This document shows positions 52,756 to 60,626 of a DNA stretch of 63,125 nucleotides, in pieces. The stretch is from contig JBDRBN010000026.1 in assembly GCA_043822785.1 (NCBI GenBank), positions 1-63,125 of the forward strand. Reading direction: 5' to 3'. The notes beneath the pieces were generated by a model, which did no database searches, had not been told where the DNA came from, and worked only from the letters and a program-made list of their open reading frames with translations. The DNA is from Pseudomonadota bacterium (lineage in GTDB: Bacteria; UBA10199; 2-02-FULL-44-16; JAAZCA01). How positions within the stretch are numbered: the stretch's first letter is position 1; every line of letters starts with the position of its first letter. The translations under genes were made by a program, and so were the position numbers.

Positions 52756-53168
52756 CTAATCGTCTGCCATGCTGGTCGTCAAGTAAAAACTTTGGTTTTG
52801 GAGCATTTAATTGCATTTTCGCCGTATAAATTAAAACTTGCTTAATTAATCCTGGTTTCCTCTTGCAGGTCTAAAGAAGATTCTTTAGAATTTCCCCCAG
52901 ATAGAAGCGCTCGTGCCTTCGCTTACTAATTCACTACGGAGGCATGCTTGACAGGGGGTAATCTTAAAGTTAGAGAGCTTCGATATTAATTCCTCTCGAC
53001 GCCATGCGGAAATCTGGCCCAGGAAAGGGGGTGCACTCTCCAAAAGGGGCAATCCGCGGGAAGACGTTATATAAACTTATCCGACATCTGTGCTCGGCAT
53101 TACATTCGGTCATGCAGGAATAATCCTGTTTAACCGAAGGCAAATAAGGAAAAAGGAGAGTAACAACT

Positions 53169-54317
53169 ATGAAAAAACTGTTAATTGCAGTCCTCGCTTT
53201 TAGCATGCTCGCACTTATCGCGAGCAGCGCTCAGGCGCAGGAAAAGTACGTTGCCGGTGGCTTTGAAATGGCCGGTCACGTGATGGCAGGTGGTGGTTAT
53301 CAGCATAACAACAACAGGGCTCAGACATACTTTACCTTCGACGGCGATAACGGATACTTCTCCGGCCCGATGGGCAAGTACCTGGGTCAGGCTCCAGCAG
53401 CACGCACGGATCACCTTTCGTTCTTCGTCGATGAAGTAGAACTCGACATCATGAAGAGCTTTGGTGAGAACATTCGTCTCCGTGCAGATCTCGACTTTGC
53501 CCGCGTAGCATCGTCTGGTCTGTTCGCAGCAGCATTGGTTGTTGAGCAGGCTTATGCTACAGCCAACATTCCAGTTGGCAACGGCATCGAGTTCTTTCTG
53601 GGCCGCTTCAACACCCCGATCGGTTTTGAATCAGTCGACGTAAGCGAGAACGACACAATCTCCAAGTCAGTGCTCGTAACTGGTCTGCGTCCGGCTAACA
53701 CAACCGGTCTGAAGATCTACTATCCTTTCAGCGATTTGGTTGACTTCCATTTCTACATCGTCAACTCGCTCACCCAGGATAGCGACGTGAAGATCAACGA
53801 CGTTCCTTCTTTTGGAATGCGTCTTGGCTTCAACTGGGGTGATGAAGGCACAGAAAGCACGTTTGGCATATCTGGTCTTTTCGGCCCAGAAACCCGTGCA
53901 AGCAACAAACACTTCACCTATGCTGGCGACATCGATCTAAACTGGTGGATCACAGAATCATTCGCACTCGGTCTTGAAGCGCTGTTCCGCCGTGACAATG
54001 CTTTTGGTGGCAGCAACTCCGAGTACATGGCTGGCCTACTCAACCTGCACTATGCTTTCAGTGATGTGTGGGATGGCACGCTCAAGTACGTGTTCGCAAA
54101 GCAGTTTGATCCGACCAACCTAGCAGCAGCAACGGTTTGGACGAACCTGACCGGCGCTGAGCAGTCAATGCATCAGATCGCTCTCGCTGGTGGTTACATG
54201 ATCGCTGATGGTGCGAAGTTCAAGCTCGAAGGCCGCTTCGACATCGTCAACCCAACTGGTGCTAGCAACACCGAGTACACCTACGGTGGCGCGATCGCAT
54301 TTGCCTATGACTTCTAA
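53169..54317 (+). CDS. Outer-membrane porin-like beta-barrel protein
   Basis: Signal peptide MKKLLIAVLAFSMLALIASSAQA. Alternating beta-strand pattern. C-terminal AFAYDF. Confidence 0.75.
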   Translation: MKKLLIAVLAFSMLALIASSAQAQEKYVAGGFEMAGHVMAGGGYQHNNNRAQTYFTFDGDNGYFSGPMGKYLGQAPAARTDHLSFFVDEVELDIMKSFGENIRLRADLDFARVASSGLFAAALVVEQAYATANIPVGNGIEFFLGRFNTPIGFESVDVSENDTISKSVLVTGLRPANTTGLKIYYPFSDLVDFHFYIVNSLTQDSDVKINDVPSFGMRLGFNWGDEGTESTFGISGLFGPETRASNKHFTYAGDIDLNWWITESFALGLEALFRRDNAFGGSNSEYMAGLLNLHYAFSDVWDGTLKYVFAKQFDPTNLAAATVWTNLTGAEQSMHQIALAGGYMIADGAKFKLEGRFDIVNPTGASNTEYTYGGAIAFAYDF

Positions 54318-54350
54318 TTGAATCTTATCATAGGTAAGAGAAGTAACAAA

Positions 54351-54386
54351 AAGCCCTGGGAGAAATCCCAGGGCTTTTTATTTTTT
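54351..54386 (+). terminator. Intrinsic terminator
   Basis: aagccctggg-agaaat-cccagggctt followed by a T-rich run. Confidence 0.8.
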
Positions 54387-54454
54387 GTCATTGCGAGCGA
54401 AAGCGAAGCAATCTCCGGAGATCGCCACGCCCGCTATCGCGGGCTCGCGATGAC
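54387..54454. repeat. Hairpin repeat doublet that supplies the last codons and stop of the radical SAM gene
   Basis: gtcattgcgagcgaaagcgaagcaatctcc directly joined to ggagatcgccacgcccgctatcgcgggctcgcgatgac. ORF 54434-55396 ends ...NAVIASPR*. Confidence 0.85.
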
Positions 54455-55396
54455 AGCATTCCTAATATCCTTCCAAATCTCTCGCAGAAGATTCGATGGC
54501 ATCTTCCATGCCTTAAGCGAAAAGGGTACGATGCAGCCGCATTTGTCGCAATCTGCTTTGGGTCCAATCACGCATGGCTTTTTCATATTGCCCCAAGCAT
54601 CAAACGCAGTGCCATTGTTTACGAACACGCACTTTGCACCTACAGCTTTGTGTTTGTTTTTTTCTTTCATCAGATCAAACGTCTTTGGAGGCCCACCGAT
54701 AAAATCACCGTAAATGCTCTTTAGTTCTTGTAGCTTATCTAGCACGCTGTCACGCTCTTCAAATGTAAGCCACAGATCCTCTTTTACGCCGCGTATGGGA
54801 GTGAAGAAGTCAAAAAGTATGTGGCGCACATGCGGAACCTTCTTCCACTCCTTGATGAGATCTTCTATGCTCCCCACGTTTGACCTGTTAAGACAGCATG
54901 CGATGGCTACGTTGATATCAGGGCATGAATCGCTGGCTAAATTTGTTTTTATTTTTTCGTAACACCCCATACCCCGTATGGAGTCGTGAATTTCTTCAGT
55001 GCCATCGATAGACACGTGGAATTCCACATCCTTCCAGTCGGGCAAAGGCAGGGTGCCATTTGTAACCACGCGGTTTGCCTTAAAGAATTTGCGCCCTTTT
55101 TCTACAAGTTCTTTGCGCAGAAGAGGTTCGCCCCCAACCCACGTGCAGCTAAAAAAAGCACTTCTGCCTTTTTGCATTTTTTGTATTCTTTGGAGCCACT
55201 CTTCGATTGTAAGCTCGGGCTTTTTATCCTGCTCATATGAGAAAAAATAACAGTGCTTGCAGCGCAGATTACATTTGTTGGTTACGTCAATGGAGCAAAA
55301 GGTATTTTTAGGCAGGGGTACTATCGTAAGCGCTAGTTTAGGCAGGATCTTGCCTCGCCAGAAATGGTGTTTGGGCTTAGTGTTTTTATTGTTCAT
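54434..55396 (-). CDS. Radical SAM protein with a C-terminal Cys cluster
   Basis: CNLRCKHCYF CxxxCxxC motif. GGEPLL. C-terminal CVIGPKADCDKCGC. The 3' end runs into a repeat. Confidence 0.75.
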   Translation of the reverse strand: MNNKNTKPKHHFWRGKILPKLALTIVPLPKNTFCSIDVTNKCNLRCKHCYFFSYEQDKKPELTIEEWLQRIQKMQKGRSAFFSCTWVGGEPLLRKELVEKGRKFFKANRVVTNGTLPLPDWKDVEFHVSIDGTEEIHDSIRGMGCYEKIKTNLASDSCPDINVAIACCLNRSNVGSIEDLIKEWKKVPHVRHILFDFFTPIRGVKEDLWLTFEERDSVLDKLQELKSIYGDFIGGPPKTFDLMKEKNKHKAVGAKCVFVNNGTAFDAWGNMKKPCVIGPKADCDKCGCIVPFSLKAWKMPSNLLREIWKDIRNAVIASPR

Positions 55397-55458
55397 GGGA
55401 ACGATCTCTGTAGCCTGCTAACTACCTGATTGGCAAGAGAAAAAATCGGAGCTCTGCT

Positions 55459-55547
55459 GTCATCGCGAGGAGCCGAAGGCGACGTGGCGATCTCCGTAAA
55501 TCAATGAGTTCAGGAGATTGCTTCGTCGCTACGCTTCTCGCAATGAC
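55459..55547. repeat. Hairpin repeat doublet
   Basis: gtcatcgcgaggagccgaaggcgacgtggcgatctcc, a spacer, then ggagattgcttcgtcgctacgcttctcgcaatgac. Confidence 0.85.
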
Positions 55548-55625
55548 AAATCAGTTTGACAACATGCCATAAATAAGGCACGTGTCTTGGGCTAAACACC
55601 TAATATTTCAACCAATTAGAACGTT

Positions 55626-57986
55626 TTGGATCTCATGAAGCACTTTGCAATAAATCCCATCTGGATCACCCTTGGGCCAATATTGGTCATTAACCTCGGT
55701 TTGCTCGCTTCTTACCTTATATATCAGTTATGGGGCCGTAAAAAACTTTCTCGTGAGTATAAAGGCGCCAAAAACGAGGGCTCTAAGATGCTCTCTAGCT
55801 CCACCAGAGAGTGGTGGTTTTGGACTACCGAACCCATCGTCAGGCTCTTTGTCAAACTGCGCATGGGACCAAATACGCTCACTGCTCTGGGATTTTTTAT
55901 AGCCTGCCTTGCTGCCTGCTTCTTTGCAAAGGGTTGGTTTGGCTATGCAGGATGGACAATGATCTTTGGGGCAACGTTTGACATCTTTGACGGTCGTGTT
56001 GCTCGTCTCACTGGCTCCACTTCAAGATCCGGAGCATTCTTTGATGCAGTTATGGATAGGTTTGGCGAAGGCGCATGTTTTTTGGGATTAGCATACTATT
56101 TTAGAGAAAGTTTCATGCTGCCCGTTGTGATCGCAGCGCTTATCGGCTCAACACTCGTAAGCTACACAAAAGCGCGCGGCGAAGGCGTGGGCGTAGACTG
56201 TAAGATTGGAATGATGCAGCGCCCAGAGCGCGTGGTCTATATGGGCGTTGCTGCTGTATTTGACCCAGTGATGGGTATAGCGCTTACGCGCTGGTGGACA
56301 AGCCCGCCTCCGGTCCTCATGATGATAGCCGTAGGTTTCATCGCTATCATGACCATAGCCACAGCGATCCATCGCATGATCTACATCATGAATGCGCTGG
56401 ACACTGCCGATGAGCGCGAAAAAGAATCAATCCCACAGATTATAAGCAAACTCTCCACTCCAGAGGGGCGAGAGAAGTTTTGGGACCATGCGCGCTATGG
56501 TTATGATCGCAGCCGCGCAGCATATTCACACGTGGTCTTGTTTGTAGCCAGCGCAATCGATCCTGCCACAATGAGGGATATGATGCAAAAGGGCGAGATG
56601 CCAAATGTTGCCAGGCATATCGCCGAACGGGGCTCTGCAAAGGATGCTGTTAGCGTATTTCCTTCTACGCTTGGACCAGCAGCAATACCATTTGTAACAG
56701 GCTGCTTTCCAGGCACGTGCGACATTCCTGGAACGCGCTGGTTCGATCGCAACGTGCATCCAGGTCGCGTTTTGACCATGAATCGCTTTCGCGACTATCT
56801 GGGTTGGGGCGCACATGCCATGGATTTCGACTTATCAAAATCAGTGCGTACCATCTATGAATACTCAAGGCAGGCGGTCAATATCTTCGGCGCGCTCAAT
56901 CGAGGCTGCGGCCTTGTTAGAGATCCATCATTCTTTAGAATACACCGTCTCTTTGCAGAGGCAAGCCAGCCGGAAGAGGTAGAGAAAGTTAGCGCTGCTG
57001 CCTTTTATTGGTTTGCCAAAGCCGCACGGCGTGAAACAGATTTTGTATTCTACAGATTCTCGCCCGCTCTAGCATTTGGACCTGATGGCAGAAACGATGA
57101 AAACGTGCGAGAGGCATGCAGAAAGATAGATTTATATGTAGGAAAAGCAGTGGATACTCTAAAATCCCAAGGCATGTATGAGAGCACAGCTCTGATGCTC
57201 ACCTGTGACCATTCATGCGCTCATGTGAGATCGACCTTTAATCTAGACGATTTCGTATCTAACAGGTTTAAAAGCTTAAGCCCATCGCCCTGCCTGCCGG
57301 CAGGCAGGCGCAGAATCAAAGACTGGCAAGACGCACAGGCCATCGCCCTTGTCTCCGGCACGTCAATGGCACACCTTTATGTCAGAAATCAAAGCAGCTG
57401 GTCAGCTCAAACGTTTTTTGAAGAGATAGAGAAGTTAGGACTCATAGGCTCTCTTTTAGAACAAGAAGGCGTAGATATCCTTGCAGGAAGAAGCGTTGAA
57501 GGCGGCATAGTCGTGCAATCCAGGCGCGGAAGAGCGCATATCCTTGAAGATGCTGACGGCAGAATTACCTATATGGCAAAGACCGGTGATCCATTCGGGC
57601 TTACAGATATGCCCCAGGTGCTGGATTCTACCAGGGCGTTTGATTTAACCGTGGGCAGTAATTATCCAGATTGCATCCTGCAAGCGCTCAACCTGTTTCG
57701 TTCTCAAAGAACCGGCGATCTTGTTATCAGCACAAAGGATGATATTGCTATTGCCTCAGATGCACAGACTGCGATGGGCGCAACTCACGGCTCGCTTGCA
57801 AGCAGCCACATGCTGGTGCCCTTTATGACGAGCGTGCCGGGTGATGAATCTACGATTCGAACATCAGATGTATTTGCTATCTCACTTAACCTGTTGGGCA
57901 TTGAACCCGAGCACACGCTTGATGGCACTTTGCCACAGGATATAAACTGGGATGTCATTGCGAGCCAAGCGAAGCAATCACAATGA
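55626..57986 (+). CDS. Fusion of CDP-alcohol phosphatidyltransferase (N) and an alkaline-phosphatase-superfamily phosphodiesterase-like domain (C)
   Basis: DGRVARLTGSTSRSGAFFDAVMDRFGE matches D-G-x2-A-R-x8-G-x3-D-x3-D. Multiple TM segments. The C-terminal half has type I phosphodiesterase-like blocks (FPSTLGPAAIPFVTGC, GATHGSL). The last 11 aa are repeat-derived. Confidence 0.7.
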   Translation: MDLMKHFAINPIWITLGPILVINLGLLASYLIYQLWGRKKLSREYKGAKNEGSKMLSSSTREWWFWTTEPIVRLFVKLRMGPNTLTALGFFIACLAACFFAKGWFGYAGWTMIFGATFDIFDGRVARLTGSTSRSGAFFDAVMDRFGEGACFLGLAYYFRESFMLPVVIAALIGSTLVSYTKARGEGVGVDCKIGMMQRPERVVYMGVAAVFDPVMGIALTRWWTSPPPVLMMIAVGFIAIMTIATAIHRMIYIMNALDTADEREKESIPQIISKLSTPEGREKFWDHARYGYDRSRAAYSHVVLFVASAIDPATMRDMMQKGEMPNVARHIAERGSAKDAVSVFPSTLGPAAIPFVTGCFPGTCDIPGTRWFDRNVHPGRVLTMNRFRDYLGWGAHAMDFDLSKSVRTIYEYSRQAVNIFGALNRGCGLVRDPSFFRIHRLFAEASQPEEVEKVSAAAFYWFAKAARRETDFVFYRFSPALAFGPDGRNDENVREACRKIDLYVGKAVDTLKSQGMYESTALMLTCDHSCAHVRSTFNLDDFVSNRFKSLSPSPCLPAGRRRIKDWQDAQAIALVSGTSMAHLYVRNQSSWSAQTFFEEIEKLGLIGSLLEQEGVDILAGRSVEGGIVVQSRRGRAHILEDADGRITYMAKTGDPFGLTDMPQVLDSTRAFDLTVGSNYPDCILQALNLFRSQRTGDLVISTKDDIAIASDAQTAMGATHGSLASSHMLVPFMTSVPGDESTIRTSDVFAISLNLLGIEPEHTLDGTLPQDINWDVIASQAKQSQ

Positions 57987-57987
57987 C
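57954..57987. repeat. Short or degenerate hairpin repeat unit forming the 3' end of the fusion gene
   Basis: gtcattgcgagccaagcgaagcaatcacaatgac, translated as VIASQAKQSQ*. Confidence 0.7.
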
Positions 57988-58004
57988 ACTCTGAGGGTAT
58001 TATT

Positions 58005-58598
58005 ATGAAACAAAAACACAAAAATTGTGATGATGGGCAACTTCTCTTGGATGAAGCTGTGGACACATTCATACAAGGCGCAGGAAAGGTTTCGTCTGCA
58101 CTCCTCGGCATGATAAACCGCATAGGCGGACAAATCTACGCCCTGCTCTTTCTTTCTGATGAGCCGCAATCTCTTGATGAGATCGGCGAACGCCTAGGCG
58201 TGTCCAAGAGCAACATATCCATTAACATTCGCATGCTCGAAGAGTTCAACCTTGTGCGCAAGGTATGGGTAAAGGGGTCGAGAAAAGACTACTATGCTGC
58301 AGAGCGCTCATATCCCAAAAAGGTAATTAAGGACTTCTTGGACAAGATCAAAGGAACGCTCACCGACGCCATTACCACTGTGGAGCGCACTCGCGCCAAG
58401 GCTACAGAAGCGCGGGTAACGCTAAGCAAAGAAAGTAAGGCACAAGCTGAATTCATACTGCAGCAGGTAAACCTCATAGGGCTTTTCTACTATGCTGCTG
58501 ATAACTTCTTCGAGAATTTCTTTTTGGGCAAACCGGTGAACGTCGATCTGCTCCGCAACATCATCCTCAACCCAGATGATTTGGGAAAAAAACAGTAA
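58005..58598 (+). CDS. GbsR/MarR-family winged-helix transcriptional regulator
   Basis: QIYALLFLSDEPQSLDEIGERLGVSKSNISINIRMLEEFNLVRKV is a typical GbsR-type HTH. Confidence 0.7.
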   Translation: MKQKHKNCDDGQLLLDEAVDTFIQGAGKVSSALLGMINRIGGQIYALLFLSDEPQSLDEIGERLGVSKSNISINIRMLEEFNLVRKVWVKGSRKDYYAAERSYPKKVIKDFLDKIKGTLTDAITTVERTRAKATEARVTLSKESKAQAEFILQQVNLIGLFYYAADNFFENFFLGKPVNVDLLRNIILNPDDLGKKQ

Positions 58599-58600
58599 GC

Positions 58601-58713
58601 GTCATTGCGAGCCCTTCGACTCACGTTGTTCGCTCAGGACAAGCTCCGCGAAGCAATCTCCTTAACACACTGATCTACGGGGATCGCCACGCCCCTTCGG
58701 GGCTCGCGATGAC
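58601..58713. repeat. Hairpin repeat doublet (long-type plus type B)
   Basis: Nearly the same composite as at 6263-6368. Confidence 0.85.
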
Positions 58714-58721
58714 ATTTACAT

Positions 58722-59096
58722 TCATTCAAGAACTGCATTCACAAAATCCCGTGCTGAATTTAAAAGGTGACCGGCCCTTGTTTCATCTATCTCGGGAATA
58801 GCATCATAATCCGAAAGCATCCTCACATTGAAAAGTTCGTCCAGTATGTTGCTGTATTTTACGTCTAACTTTTTGGTCCTAATGAAATGTTTGCGAAACT
58901 CAATGGCCGTTTGCTTGTGAGTCTTTGTCATTATATCCATCTCTATGAGTAATGAAGTCATGGCATAGTAAACCGCATAGTATGCGCGAGAAATGGATGC
59001 AGCATAAAAGCGACCTTCAAGCATTGCGCGGGATGCTTCTAGCTCTTCTTTTGCGCGGCTTCTATATCCTTGAGAGATTTTAATTCTTTGGGCCAT
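58722..59096 (-). CDS. HEPN-domain protein (toxin component of an MNT-HEPN pair)
   Basis: 124 aa, helical. AISRAYYAVYYAMTSLL is a HEPN-like pattern. Lies downstream of the MNT gene and overlaps it. Confidence 0.65.
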   Translation of the reverse strand: MAQRIKISQGYRSRAKEELEASRAMLEGRFYAASISRAYYAVYYAMTSLLIEMDIMTKTHKQTAIEFRKHFIRTKKLDVKYSNILDELFNVRMLSDYDAIPEIDETRAGHLLNSARDFVNAVLE

Positions 59097-59632
59097 AGTA
59101 TTATTCCTTCTCTTTGAATTTCTTCATAAAACGGAGATCCGTTTCCAGCTAATTGAACCCAGTGCGAAAGCGACATCCTGATGGGCGAGAGAAACTCATC
59201 AAACCCGCCCGCCGCCATTGCTTCGGAAGATATGGCTGAGATGCCTTGATCAGTTTCTTTTGTGCTCTGTGAGATAAGCACGAGAAGATCGATATCCGAG
59301 TTTTCACTGTAATCGCCACGCGCATAGGAGCCAAACAGGATCACCGCAATGATACTCTGCCTAAGCTCTTTTGGCGCGCCTTCTATTCCTTCAACAAAGC
59401 GCTGGGCTGCATTAGGAATTTCAGGTGTTATTTTGATGAACTGGGCAAGGTTTCCCTCGCGCATCATATAAGCCCGCAGAGCCTGCTCCGGAATGCGATA
59501 GGATTTGCCGATTCGGAAATAGGGGAGCTTTTCCTGATTTAGGAGCTTATAGACGGTTGCCGTAGAAAGCTTAAGCTTTTCAGCAAGTTCTTCTGGCGTA
59601 AAAAAAGCCTGTTTTGAAATATTGTTTAGCAT
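59039..59632 (-). CDS. HTH (excisionase-type) fused to a minimal nucleotidyltransferase (MNT)
   Basis: FFTPEELAEKLKLSTATVYKLLNQEKLPYFRIGKSYRIP HTH. ILFGSYARGDYSENSDIDLLVL NTase motif. Start taken at the internal Met. Confidence 0.7.
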   Translation of the reverse strand: MLNNISKQAFFTPEELAEKLKLSTATVYKLLNQEKLPYFRIGKSYRIPEQALRAYMMREGNLAQFIKITPEIPNAAQRFVEGIEGAPKELRQSIIAVILFGSYARGDYSENSDIDLLVLISQSTKETDQGISAISSEAMAAGGFDEFLSPIRMSLSHWVQLAGNGSPFYEEIQREGIILWPKELKSLKDIEAAQKKS

Positions 59633-59719
59633 AACATAATTCAATTTAGTCTTATTTAGTCTATTTTGCAATGAGTTATTTGAACATACCAATAACCGTC
59701 AGGCCCTAATTCGGAAGGA

Positions 59720-60388
59720 TTAAGCGGCTAATCTGAGGTTATCCAAACCTTCCAATAAGGCATCCAAGTAAGGTTGATTTTGGCTCCATACGATTGTTGA
59801 TCGTCCCTGTGGTCGAATAAAGCTGGCAGTTGTGTTAAAAAAACGCATTCGCATTGTTTTAATCGACAACTTTTCCTTTTCCCTTTGAAAACCGAGAAGT
59901 TGAATCCAACGATGGCAGTTATAAGCCAATTGCATAATTTGTAACCATGCAGCATTAGCATTGAATCGCTTACAAGGTACCTTGGTCATTCCAATTCCTT
60001 GCTTTAGCTCCTTGATATAATTTTCCACATTCCCACGCTGAAAATAAAAATCCAGAAACACGAATTTCCGTAGGCGCTTCTTTTTGCTGGACAGAACAAT
60101 ATTCCACCAAATCTGACCGCATTGACGCCCTTCACGATATTTATGCCATACCTTCTCGGATATCGTCTTGAGATGCTCCCAAAAAAATGTACCACCGTGC
60201 CCGCAAACTACGTAATAATAACCCTCTGCTCCCAAATGATCGATTAACTTGTTGGAGTAAAAACCCGCATCCATTCGTACGTTGATTTGATGTGCCTCAT
60301 ATCTCAAACTTCGCCTCGTCTGCTCTAAAAAATCCACTATCACTCCATGTACCGAATCGTTACCTTTAAGTAACTTCACCCGTATCAA
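59720..60388 (-). pseudogene. 5'-truncated IS1380-family DDE transposase
   Basis: RMDAGFY and GNVENYIKELK blocks (second D and E regions). The N-terminal roughly half, including the first catalytic D, is absent. Confidence 0.65.
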
Positions 60389-60626
60389 TTCGGCAGTTTC
60401 ATAAACAACTCTGAACTAATCACACATCTTTTAGCCGTTTCTGCAGATAATAAAAATAGTAGGGTTCGGAGGCAAGGCAATCATGTCTAAGAACCTCTAT
60501 ATCTCAGGCCAAAAAATGATTTATCTCATCTATCTGTATGCGAACAACCGTTTGACCGCTTATGTGTTAACGTGTATGGAGGCCGGATGAAGGACACGTT
60601 AATACTGCTGATCCTCGCAGCGAGCC

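Noticed and set aside
52756-53168. Possible riboswitch or sRNA in the 412-nt region upstream of the porin gene (for example CTCTCC-AAAAGGGGCAA, reminiscent of a glycine-riboswitch segment)
   Set aside because: Only a short partial resemblance. I could not identify the paired stems or second conserved blocks of any riboswitch class by eye. It needs a covariance-model scan (Rfam/Infernal) before any call.
45821-58713. Possibility that the dispersed hairpin repeats are a CRISPR array
   Set aside because: Units occur as inverted doublets separated by whole genes, not as direct repeats with regular spacers of about 30-40 bp. No cas genes are present.
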